A stretch of DNA of 64,000 bases, taken from Candidatus Aminicenantes bacterium. Lineage in GTDB: Bacteria; Acidobacteriota; Aminicenantia; Aminicenantales; Aminicenantaceae. The translations under genes and the position numbers were made by a program. The notes below the pieces were generated by a model. That model was not told where the DNA came from. It worked only from the letters and a program-made list of their open reading frames with translations, and searched no databases. The stretch covers positions 1,346-65,345 of the forward strand of contig DRHQ01000112.1 in NCBI GenBank assembly GCA_011049545.1, in the 5' to 3' direction. This document shows, one piece after another, positions 38,007 through 46,867 of the stretch (within the stretch, counting starts at the first letter, position 1; each line of letters opens with the position of its first letter).

Positions 38007-39365
38007 ATGAAAGAAGTCATCCTGAATTTAGGCCATAGTAATTTTCCGGTAAGAGTTCCTGACCACACTGATGTCATCCCCATGGGAAAAGCTCTACCTC
38101 TCTCTAACCCTGAGGAAAAAATCCGGAATTCCCTTGCAAATCCTCTAAACAGTCCCCCTCTCAGAACGCTGGTGAGCCAAAAACTTAAAGCTAATCCTAA
38201 AGCAAAGGCGGTTGTGGTTATTTCAGACAACACTCGCCCGGTTCCGTATAAGGGAGAATCAGGCATCCTTTTTCCTCTCGTTGACGAAATGATAAAATCA
38301 GGAATCCCACTTTCCCAGATTCTACTTCTTGTGGCTACAGGAATCCACCGGCCGATGGATGGCGAAGAACTCAGGGAAATGCTTGATTCGCGAATCTTCA
38401 CGCTCGGCCTTCAAATAATCAATCATGACAGCAGGAAATCCAGTGATTTTGTCTCCGTAGGCAAGACAGAACTCGGCGGTGAAATTCTTCTTAATCGTTA
38501 CTATGTGGAAAGCGATTTGAAAATTCTAACCGGTCTTGTCGAAAGCCACTTCATGGCCGGAGCTTCGGGAGGAAGAAAGTCCATCTGCCCTGGACTTCTT
38601 TCAGAATCCTCAACCTATGTCCTTCACAGCGGGCCTATTCTCTCTTCCCCAAAAGCAGCGGATTTAATCCTCGAAGGAAATCCTGTTCATGAAGAAGCGC
38701 TCAGAGTTGCAAGAATGGCTGGCTGCGATATGATAGTCAACGCCACTCTCGACTCAAACTACAGACTAACAGGAATCTTTGCGGGCCATATGGAGTCCGC
38801 CCATTTAGCAGCCGTTCGGGAACTCCGAACCTGGGCTGAAATCCCTGTCAAGAAAGAATACGACCTTGTGCTTAGTCATGCAGGCTTTGTAGGAGTCAAT
38901 CACTACCAGGCAGCCAAAGGAGCCCTGACATGCATTCCGTTGATAAAGAAGGATGGGATCTGCGTTCTGGCTGCACAACACACAGATCCTGATCCCGTAG
39001 GGGGAGCCAACTACAAAAGAATGATCAGGCTTCTTGGAGAATTAGGTGAAAAAAAATTCATGGAGATGATACTTGATCCATCCTGGATTTTTGTCCCCGA
39101 GCAATGGGAAGCCCAGATGTGGACCCGGCTTTTCAAAAAAATTCCTCCTGAAGACCTCATCTACTGCTCTCTTGAAATTCCTAAAGGATCTTTTTCCTGG
39201 CTTCCAGGAACAGATGCCAGAACATTAGCCCCGAAAGCAAAAACCCTCCAGGAGCTGGTGGAAATGTCCTTTGCCTGGGCAGTGAAGAAGCTTCGCCTCC
39301 GCTTGGGCAGAGAGCCTCAAATCGCGTTCCTGCCAGATGGCCCTTACGGCATTCCTGTACTATAA
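38007..39365 (+). CDS. LarA-family nickel-pincer (NPN) dependent 2-hydroxyacid racemase/epimerase homolog
   Basis: ISDNTRP, ATGIHRP, then H-x9-K (SHFMAGASGGRK) and a His 16 residues after the Lys. As I recall them, this spacing matches L. plantarum LarA H174/K184/H200. 452 aa. Confidence 0.75.
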   Translation: MKEVILNLGHSNFPVRVPDHTDVIPMGKALPLSNPEEKIRNSLANPLNSPPLRTLVSQKLKANPKAKAVVVISDNTRPVPYKGESGILFPLVDEMIKSGIPLSQILLLVATGIHRPMDGEELREMLDSRIFTLGLQIINHDSRKSSDFVSVGKTELGGEILLNRYYVESDLKILTGLVESHFMAGASGGRKSICPGLLSESSTYVLHSGPILSSPKAADLILEGNPVHEEALRVARMAGCDMIVNATLDSNYRLTGIFAGHMESAHLAAVRELRTWAEIPVKKEYDLVLSHAGFVGVNHYQAAKGALTCIPLIKKDGICVLAAQHTDPDPVGGANYKRMIRLLGELGEKKFMEMILDPSWIFVPEQWEAQMWTRLFKKIPPEDLIYCSLEIPKGSFSWLPGTDARTLAPKAKTLQELVEMSFAWAVKKLRLRLGREPQIAFLPDGPYGIPVL

Positions 39366-39720
39366 AAAGGTTTAAATCGCCTTTCTCATCATCTGGAGCC
39401 TTCTGAAAAGGAAAAATAGCAAGAGGAAATTCATGCCGTTTAATTGGCTCTATCTACGAAAGTTTATCCTTATTGTTTTGGGCCTCATTCTCATGGTTTT
39501 GCTAGAGTGAGCTTTTATGAAAGCCGGCACATCAAGGTGCCTGTTGTCCTGAGCCGGCGTATGACTCAAAGAGAATTTACTATGAATAATATTGAACAAA
39601 AAATTAGCATAAAAAAAAAGGCAAAAATTGGGCCTGTTCCCTTTTTTTTGTTTGCAGACAATGTTTTCATCATGGATAATAAAGAAAAAAATAAAATAAA
39701 AAATGAAAAGGAGATAAAAA

Positions 39721-41373
39721 GTGAAACATAAAGGAATATTTTTCGTGGTTTCCATCCTTTTTTTATTCTTACTTTCGGTGCTTATCCCTTCGGGAAAAAA
39801 GAGCACTATGGAACAAGAAGATGATTCTTGGCTTGAATTCGATAACTGCACTTCTATCGTTGTCTCCAAAAAAGCCTCTGCTGATGGTTCAGTCATGACA
39901 ACCCATTCCTGCGATGGAGGCTGGGAGTTCCAGCTCAACGTTGTCCCTGGAAAAAGTTCAAAGCAAGGCGAAATGCGTCCTGTCTACAAAGGAGGTGGAC
40001 ACGGGGCTGAGAACAGACAGGCTGTCATAGTCGGCGAAATCCCTGAAGTCAAGCAAACTTACAGCCGTTTCGATGTTGCCTACCCATTCATGAACGAAAA
40101 GCAACTTGGTATCGGAGAGACAACTTTTGAAGGGCGGATAGAGCTTTACAATCGAGAGGGAAAATTCGACATCATGGCTTTGCAAAGAATCGTCCTTGAA
40201 CGGACTTCTACTGCGCGGGAAGCAATAAAAATGATAGGAGAGCTCGTTAAAAAGTATGGCTACGGTGACTTTGGAGAATGTCTGACTTTTATTGACACCA
40301 AAGAGGCCTGGCTCTTTGAGATCATGGGAGCTGGACCTTTAAGGATTGGAGCAGTCTGGGCAGCCAGAAGGATCCCGGAGGGTGAAGTCTCAGTGAGTGC
40401 CAACCGCAGCCGGATTGGTGAAATCAACATCAAGGATACTGATAATTTCATGGCATCTGAGAACATCTTCACCTTGGCAGAAGAAAGGGGATGGTATGAC
40501 CCAAAGTCGAGCAAACCTTTTAAATTCTACGAAGCCTATGCGCCCAGCAATTCTATAGGCTGCAAAAGAAGGGAGTGGCGAGTTTTCAGCACACTTGCCC
40601 CAGGATTGAAACTTGATCCCTGGGCTGTAAGATATCCCTTCTCCATAAAGCCGGAGAAAAAAGTCACTGTCCAGACTCTGATGTCTCTCCACAGAGATTT
40701 CTACCAAGGGACAGAACATGACCTGAGTAAGGGCACGGCTGCAGGACCTTTTAATAATCCCAATCGTTTTTCCACACTAACTAGACCTCCCGAAGGCTAT
40801 ATGGGCTGGGAACGACCTATTTCCATCTTCCGCTGCTCTTACTGTATTGTCTTACAGGTCAGAGACTGGCTCCCTGATTGGATAGGAGGCCTTGCCTGGT
40901 TCGCGGAGGACGATCCGAAAACAAGCTGCTTTGTTCCTTTTTATGGCGGCGTCACCACAGTCCCTGAATCCTACCAGATCGGAAGAAGGGATGTGTTCGA
41001 CAGAAAATCTGCCTGGTGGGCTTTTGACTTTGTTGCCAATTGGTCTAACCTAAAATATTCCTTCATGAGTGAAGATATCAATAAAGCTTACACAGATTTC
41101 GAGAATACTTTCTTCACCCTTCAAGCTTCTGTGGAAGCCCGGGCGGAAACCCTGTTCAAAGAAAATCCAGCAGCATGCCGGGAGTACCTGACGAAGTACT
41201 CCAATAAAACAGCCCAGCGAGTTGTCGATGATTGGTGGGATCTGGCCGATTACCTTATAGTTAAGTACAACGACGGCTACGTCAATCTTCCAGGAGAAAG
41301 AAAAGCAGCCGGCTACCCGAAGGAATGGCTGGATGCTGTGGGTTACGGCAAAACAAAGATAAAAAATAACTAG
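39721..41373 (+). CDS. C69-family dipeptidase, secreted
   Basis: Signal peptide, then N-terminal nucleophile context NCTSIVVSKKASADGSVMTTHSCDG. 550 aa, GTG start after GGAG. Confidence 0.8.
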   Translation: MKHKGIFFVVSILFLFLLSVLIPSGKKSTMEQEDDSWLEFDNCTSIVVSKKASADGSVMTTHSCDGGWEFQLNVVPGKSSKQGEMRPVYKGGGHGAENRQAVIVGEIPEVKQTYSRFDVAYPFMNEKQLGIGETTFEGRIELYNREGKFDIMALQRIVLERTSTAREAIKMIGELVKKYGYGDFGECLTFIDTKEAWLFEIMGAGPLRIGAVWAARRIPEGEVSVSANRSRIGEINIKDTDNFMASENIFTLAEERGWYDPKSSKPFKFYEAYAPSNSIGCKRREWRVFSTLAPGLKLDPWAVRYPFSIKPEKKVTVQTLMSLHRDFYQGTEHDLSKGTAAGPFNNPNRFSTLTRPPEGYMGWERPISIFRCSYCIVLQVRDWLPDWIGGLAWFAEDDPKTSCFVPFYGGVTTVPESYQIGRRDVFDRKSAWWAFDFVANWSNLKYSFMSEDINKAYTDFENTFFTLQASVEARAETLFKENPAACREYLTKYSNKTAQRVVDDWWDLADYLIVKYNDGYVNLPGERKAAGYPKEWLDAVGYGKTKIKNN

Positions 41374-41395
41374 TGATCAGGAATCCCTTGCTTAT

Positions 41396-42517
41396 TTATC
41401 CCAATCCCAGTTTATTCCGGAAAACCAAGACAAGTATGACAAGAAAAAAGTAGGCAGCTGCAAAAACAAGAAACGATGTTTCTCTTTTCCCGACTAGCTG
41501 ATAAATCTTTCCCTTCCCTGGCTGAGGGAGGGGAATGGGATCCCACGAAAGCCCGTAGCGCTCGACAAGACCCTTGATGTAGAGGAGGTGAATAACCGGG
41601 ATCTTGCGGGCAGCCATGGCAAAAAGAACTCCTCTTTTTTCGAGAGCAGGAAATTGTTTAATTTTAACGAGGCCTGGTCTCAATTTTAAAATCTTTGAAT
41701 CCTCTCCCATATTTGCCCAGCTTCCCCCGATATTGATAAAGGCTCTGATTTTGTTCTCTCCTGCTTTTTCCTCATAGAGGCGTATTCTGGCCTCCACATT
41801 CCTCTTGAGGTCAGGCTCATGAAGAAAAAAAAATCCGCTTTCTCTTATCTCAGTTATCAGGGAGGAGCAACCCTCAGGGCCCATATCCTTACCTTCATCT
41901 CTTGTGCCTCCGAGAGAGAGGCCAATCGGTTTGGCGCCGAATATACCTGCGTCCAGGAGGCAGTTTTGCATGTCGAGCCAGTTAAAATCAGGATTGTTGG
42001 CGCCCCACTGAGAAGCTCCTAAAGAATTGATCACGATGGGCTTTAGATTCATGGCTTTTGCTGCTGAAAGAACAGCCACTATTAGGGAAGGAAAAGAGCT
42101 GGAAGCCCCAACGGCAATCGTATCTCCTATCTCTATTTTCGCTTCTTTTAGAAGGAATACAATGAGAGCGGCAAAATTGGGATTGGTGGTAGTTCTTTTA
42201 GCTTCGAGGTTCCCGATGGATGTGGTTATCCGAGAAAACTCCAGACCTATGAGTCCCGTCTGGTTTAGATCTATGTTTTCATCAATAACAGGGCCTTTTT
42301 CCCCACGGCATTCTCTTATAACATCCACAGCTTCGGCCATAATTTCAGAAGCTCTGATCATCTCTCCTTTGAGCTTATCCCCTTCCCTTGAAGGAAAAGA
42401 CTTGGCCAGCACAAAAAACAGAATACTCAAAGCAAAAAGGACGAGAATTACTCCCTTATTTCTTCCAGTATCTTCTTTAGGGATATTTCTCTTTCGATTA
42501 AAAAAAAATTTTGTCAT
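41396..42517 (-). CDS. Poly-gamma-glutamate system protein (accessory partner of PgsB/PgsC in non-Bacillus clusters)
   Basis: N- and C-terminal TM helices. Start overlaps the pgsC stop (TAATG). Family-level resemblance recalled from the TIGRFAM class gamma_Glu_sys, not verified. Confidence 0.55.
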   Translation of the reverse strand: MTKFFFNRKRNIPKEDTGRNKGVILVLFALSILFFVLAKSFPSREGDKLKGEMIRASEIMAEAVDVIRECRGEKGPVIDENIDLNQTGLIGLEFSRITTSIGNLEAKRTTTNPNFAALIVFLLKEAKIEIGDTIAVGASSSFPSLIVAVLSAAKAMNLKPIVINSLGASQWGANNPDFNWLDMQNCLLDAGIFGAKPIGLSLGGTRDEGKDMGPEGCSSLITEIRESGFFFLHEPDLKRNVEARIRLYEEKAGENKIRAFINIGGSWANMGEDSKILKLRPGLVKIKQFPALEKRGVLFAMAARKIPVIHLLYIKGLVERYGLSWDPIPLPQPGKGKIYQLVGKRETSFLVFAAAYFFLVILVLVFRNKLGLG

Positions 42518-42954
42518 TACAAAATGATCCCCACAAGGCTAACAATAAAATAGGTGATGACAGCGACGATAAACATCGAGGCTAAGGTCGGAAGAATTTT
42601 CTGCTTCTCCAGGTTGTTGGCCAGGAGCCCGGGAATGATCCACCCGATGGCCCTGAGTCCTAAAGGATCGGCAAAAAAGCTGGGTGAGATAATAAACCAG
42701 ATTTGAACCCAAAGTCCTCCAAGAAGAACAAGCATCACAAATCTTCTCTTCCCAAAAAGGATGAGAAAGCGCGACAAAACTCGATAAGCATAAAGGCTCA
42801 AGAGGGCGATGAGTATCGTGGCCAATACTCTTAGCGGCTCGTCAAGATAAAGAGCCACATAAGCAGGAACGATAATCCCGCCAGGATATATATCCATGAT
42901 TTCTACGTAGATGACAGCAATGATAAGTCCGATAAAAAGCGTCTCAAAAATCAT
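42517..42954 (-). CDS. pgsC: Poly-gamma-glutamate biosynthesis membrane protein PgsC/CapC
   Basis: About 145 aa with 4 TM segments. GGIIVPAYVALYL and GWIIPGLLANNLEKQ align with B. subtilis PgsC. The ATG at 42954 overlaps the pgsB end. Confidence 0.8.
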   Translation of the reverse strand: MIFETLFIGLIIAVIYVEIMDIYPGGIIVPAYVALYLDEPLRVLATILIALLSLYAYRVLSRFLILFGKRRFVMLVLLGGLWVQIWFIISPSFFADPLGLRAIGWIIPGLLANNLEKQKILPTLASMFIVAVITYFIVSLVGIIL

Positions 42955-44119
42955 AGGGCTCTCCAATATTCTCCCAATACTCAACAAGCTCTTTCCCTGC
43001 ACCTTCCATATTACCCATCCCGATCAATACAGCATCTGCATTCACTTTTTCAGCAATTTCTGCCATGATTTTCTGAGGGCCCCGGGGCTTAGAGACAAAT
43101 AGCTCTGCTTTCCCAGGCAATTTCAGCTTGCTCTTCAGAGCATGGGCATGGTTTCCGATTAAGAAGAACTTTCGAATCTCAGGAAAAGCCTCTTCTTTTA
43201 GAGTTTTCAGCCACTGGAGAGTTCTATCTCCCCTGTCTCGCCTGAGATTGAGAAGTCCAATAATTTCTTTTCTGTTAAAAAACTTCTTTTCAAGAAGCCG
43301 GGACAAGGCAAGACGTGTAGATTCCGGGTCGTTGGCAGCAAAGCAACTGACAAGATGCCAGCATCGAGGGGGTGAACCTAAATCCACAGTCCAAGTCTTT
43401 AGGCTTCCAAAATCTGGTTGAGCTTTCATCATACCTTGAAGAGCAACTTTCTTATCTATTCCCAGGAACTCAGCCACAGCCAAAGACAGCCGAATATTTT
43501 CTTCCAGCTCAAAGGAAGGAAGATTATTCTTTGACTGCAGATATTCCGTAAAGGAACCTCCAGGAATCTGGATGATTGTGGAGCTCATTCTTTCTGCCAC
43601 CTCTTTGAATACAGGAAAAAATTCCTCTTGTGGGATAAAGACCGAACCGCTTTCTGGAATGCTTGAGGCAAAACCACGAGCTACATCCTCTTTTGAAGTT
43701 CCCGTTTGAGCTAAATGGTCAAGACGGACATTAGTTATGACCAGAATATGAGGCTTAAACATCTGAACTGACTCGTAATAACCGCACTCAGGATGGATGC
43801 TCATCAATTCCAAAACAAGAGCTTGAGCTTGAATCTCTGCACCTTTTTTCAGGATATTCTTTCCTTCCAGAATAGAGGGGACACCTCTGCGTTTGATCTC
43901 TTTTTCTTCCCCAGCTGGAAAGATGATGACAGGTTTTGAGCCTGTAGTTCTGGCCAGCACGGTAAAACCTGCCTCTCTCAAGGAAGCGGCTATGAGTCTT
44001 GTGACGCTCGATTTTCCCCTTGTCCCGGTAACACAAATTCTGAGGGGAATTCTTTGCACGTCCTTATTAAGAATAAAACGCTCTGCAATAAAATATATAA
44101 CGAGAAGGACAGCAAACAA
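42944..44119 (-). CDS. pgsB: Poly-gamma-glutamate synthase PgsB/CapB (Mur-ligase fold)
   Basis: N-terminal TM helix then the VTGTRGKSSVTRL P-loop. 391 aa. Confidence 0.85.
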   Translation of the reverse strand: MFAVLLVIYFIAERFILNKDVQRIPLRICVTGTRGKSSVTRLIAASLREAGFTVLARTTGSKPVIIFPAGEEKEIKRRGVPSILEGKNILKKGAEIQAQALVLELMSIHPECGYYESVQMFKPHILVITNVRLDHLAQTGTSKEDVARGFASSIPESGSVFIPQEEFFPVFKEVAERMSSTIIQIPGGSFTEYLQSKNNLPSFELEENIRLSLAVAEFLGIDKKVALQGMMKAQPDFGSLKTWTVDLGSPPRCWHLVSCFAANDPESTRLALSRLLEKKFFNRKEIIGLLNLRRDRGDRTLQWLKTLKEEAFPEIRKFFLIGNHAHALKSKLKLPGKAELFVSKPRGPQKIMAEIAEKVNADAVLIGMGNMEGAGKELVEYWENIGEPYDF

Positions 44120-44173
44120 ACCCGTAACAATAAGTTCTCTAATGAACGATCTCCTTATATTATGAATAAAATA

Positions 44174-44448
44174 CTTACAGTTTATTTCTATAATTCAAAC
44201 GGTGGGCTTGATAAATCAAGCCCCTACAAAGAATCAAGCCCTTACAGTTTATTTCTATAATTCAAACGGTGGGCTTGATAAATCAAGCCCCTACAAAGAA
44301 TCAAGCCCTTACAGTTTATTTCTATAATTCAAACGGTGGGCTTGATGAATCAAGCCCCTACAAAGAATCAAGCCCTTACAGTTTATTTCTATAATTCAAA
44401 CGGTGGGCTTGATAAATCAAGCCCCTACAAAGAATCAAGCCCTTACAA
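44174..44448. repeat. Tandem array of 4 x 67 bp (plus a partial fifth start), each unit carrying a family A hairpin plus a third arm
   Basis: Unit cttacagtttatttctataattcaaacggtgggcttgat(a/g)aatcaagcccctacaaagaatcaagcc begins at 44174, 44241, 44308 and 44375. One A/G difference in total. Confidence 0.95.
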
Positions 44449-44452
44449 CATA

Positions 44453-46783
44453 TTAAAAGGGCATATAAGGAACGACGCGGGAAGAGTCTCCTCTTGCCTT
44501 TCCTAACACTCTAAGAAGAGAGGAAGAATAAATGTTGGATCTATCCGTTCTATCATACTTTGCTTTGATAATCTCGGTAATCACCTTGAGCATCTGGTCT
44601 TTTCCAGCTTTTCCCCATAGGCACGGTTCGTTAACCATCATCAGATATTTTGTGCCAACGGCTTTTTTGAACTCATCCAGCTTATTAAAATAAGCAACAG
44701 GATCAACATCATTGGACCAAATAAGTCCAAATGCAGATTCTTTTTCTTTGATGAGTTCCATGACTTCTTTATCGGGTAAGCTTTTATCGAGAAATGCCAG
44801 AGGCCTTTTGGATTCTTTTAAAAGAAGCTTGGCTTGCGAACCATCAGCTCCTTTGACGAGGAGGAGAAGACCGCTGTTGTTCACTCCTTTTATAATGTTC
44901 TTTCCTTCCTCACTCAATCCCTGTTCACCGAAAAGAAATGATGGATCCTCGACAAAAGCGAAGTAGAGTCCTTGCTTAACCAAAACTTGAGCCCATCTCG
45001 GATCATCGCGAAAAGCATTGATTCCCTTCAGTCCTGCCATAATCGTTGTTTTTCCCTGGCGGCTGTCACGGGTGAGCCCGCTTGAAGAAGAATAATAGGA
45101 AAGACCCTTCGCTTTCTCTATCTTCTCTGATGCGGACAGAAATTTTTTCAGGATATCAATCCTGAGTCTCTCACCAGTAAGGCCTTCTTCTTCCTTCATG
45201 ACTGCGAGCTGTAGATCCACATGGGAATCTTTCGCATCCTTATGATGTTCGACTACTTCACTTAGAAGAGAAAGTTCGAAATTAACGAGGGTTTGGTATT
45301 TCAAATAATAAGTCTCTCGCCGAAGCAGAGGGAAAAAGTCTCCAGATTCCGATGCCATTATTTTAACAGCAGCATGAACAAAATCGCCTGTTTTCTTCAA
45401 CATCTCCGGTTCGATCAAATCACTATCATCCCGGCTATGGTGGTATTTGAGATACCCACTACTCATAGCGAAGAATCCGGGAACTCCTTTTTCTAAAAAT
45501 GGAGTATGATCTGAGCCTCCAGGGCCTCCGCGCTTAGGCAGGACATAATCAAGTATCTCTTTAGGGAGTTTTTCCTTGAGAAGCTTCCAGAGTTGAGGAC
45601 CATAGTAAACACCTTCAAAAGGTATCTTACCACTGCCATGACCCACCATGTCCAAGTTGATGTAAGCTACTGTCTTATTCATGGGGAAAGTAGAATCGTC
45701 CACATAATGTCTTGAGCCTAAAAGCCCTTGCTCTTCTCCAGCCCAGAGGCCAAAAACGACTGTTCTTTTAGGCTTGGCACGATTGAGCTTCATTATGCGG
45801 GCTATCTCCATAACGACCGCAGTTCCCGAAGCATTATCGTTGGCTCCGCTCATGATATCTCCCATCGGAGATATCCCCAAATGATCCATGTGACCGCCGA
45901 TGACAACGTACTCATCTTTAAGGACTTTATCGCTACCAGTTATTTTTGCCAGAACATTCCTGGTCGGTCTTTTCTCATCAAAGATGGCATTGACAGACAC
46001 AAAAGCTTTCACTCCTGTTTCTAAGGTTTTGGGGAGTTTGGATCTGCGCCCCATTGCCGGGATTGGGTAGCTGATTTCTGTACTCAGGTCTTTAAAAATG
46101 AAATCCATTACTTTCCTCTCAGCCGATAAAATCACAAAATCTGGTTTATATTGTTCCTTTTTTAACCTCACCCGAAAATAACGACTCGAGGTGGTAGAAA
46201 GTTTGAAAAAGATAACTCCTCTTGCTCCAAGCTTTTGGGCAGCTTCAATTCTTTTCTCCATCTTTGTCGCATCGCCCAGTTTTTTCTCGAGTCTTTGGGG
46301 AGTCTCGGTAGTAAAAATAACTATTTTCCCTTTCACATCGACCCCAGCATAATCATCGTGCTCCTTTTCCGGGGCATGAATTCCATAACCAACAAAGACA
46401 AGTTCAGCAGTAAAGTGCCCTGAACCTGAAAATCTCTGAACTCTCCAGTCTTCACCGTAATAAAAATCTCTCCTTGTTTTCTCTGCAATTATCTCCAGTT
46501 TTACTCCCTCTTTAATATTTCTGTGCTCGATAGTGAAATTCTGGAAGTAGGTGCCGTTATCCCCTGCTGGTTCTAAGCCCCACTCTTTAAACTTGGAAGC
46601 AATGTATTCCTCTCCAATTGCACCGCTTGGTTGCCCGCTCTTCCGTCCCCGCATGGAATCTGACGCCAAATCCTTTATGTAACTCCACGCAGCTTGGGCA
46701 TCAAAAGAAACCTTTTTCACCTTGGCCGCAGTTGGAGAGAAAAGAAGTAAAGATGTCAGAAATAGACTCAGGAATATTCTCAC
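44453..46783 (-). CDS. Secreted M28 aminopeptidase (with PA domain) fused to a degenerate M19 dipeptidase-like C-terminal domain
   Basis: IGGHMDHLG, NDNASGTAVVMEIAR, GLWAGEEQGLLGS, NLDMVG, GGSDHTPF. The C-terminal ~290 aa align with the M19 enzyme at 57328-58584 but lack most metal ligands. Confidence 0.8.
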   Translation of the reverse strand: MRIFLSLFLTSLLLFSPTAAKVKKVSFDAQAAWSYIKDLASDSMRGRKSGQPSGAIGEEYIASKFKEWGLEPAGDNGTYFQNFTIEHRNIKEGVKLEIIAEKTRRDFYYGEDWRVQRFSGSGHFTAELVFVGYGIHAPEKEHDDYAGVDVKGKIVIFTTETPQRLEKKLGDATKMEKRIEAAQKLGARGVIFFKLSTTSSRYFRVRLKKEQYKPDFVILSAERKVMDFIFKDLSTEISYPIPAMGRRSKLPKTLETGVKAFVSVNAIFDEKRPTRNVLAKITGSDKVLKDEYVVIGGHMDHLGISPMGDIMSGANDNASGTAVVMEIARIMKLNRAKPKRTVVFGLWAGEEQGLLGSRHYVDDSTFPMNKTVAYINLDMVGHGSGKIPFEGVYYGPQLWKLLKEKLPKEILDYVLPKRGGPGGSDHTPFLEKGVPGFFAMSSGYLKYHHSRDDSDLIEPEMLKKTGDFVHAAVKIMASESGDFFPLLRRETYYLKYQTLVNFELSLLSEVVEHHKDAKDSHVDLQLAVMKEEEGLTGERLRIDILKKFLSASEKIEKAKGLSYYSSSSGLTRDSRQGKTTIMAGLKGINAFRDDPRWAQVLVKQGLYFAFVEDPSFLFGEQGLSEEGKNIIKGVNNSGLLLLVKGADGSQAKLLLKESKRPLAFLDKSLPDKEVMELIKEKESAFGLIWSNDVDPVAYFNKLDEFKKAVGTKYLMMVNEPCLWGKAGKDQMLKVITEIIKAKYDRTDRSNIYSSSLLRVLGKARGDSSRVVPYMPF

Positions 46784-46867
46784 TGAAAACCTCCTTCTAA
46801 AGAATTATTAAGGTATAATATTATAGCGGAATAAGGAAAGAAAAAGAAAACTGCTTTTCGCGTCATT

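Noticed and set aside
37913-38401. 162-aa minus-strand ORF.
   Set aside because: It overlaps the family C repeat region and is antisense to the well-supported LarA homolog 5' end.
39444-39938. Track ORFs 39444-39731 (+) and 39450-39938 (-) in the larA-C69 spacer.
   Set aside because: They run through poly-A/T low-complexity sequence and a repeat core, and they overlap each other and the C69 signal-peptide region. No SD or motif supports them. Only the short 39433-39510 ORF has a convincing ribosome-binding site.
42027-42527. 166-aa plus-strand ORF.
   Set aside because: It is fully antisense to the PGA-system protein gene, which is translationally coupled to pgsC.
44174-44448. Possible CRISPR array (regularly spaced palindromic repeats).
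   Set aside because: The entire 67-bp unit repeats, so there are no unique spacers. There are no cas genes, and the hairpin is the same dispersed family A repeat found in at least six other intergenic sites.
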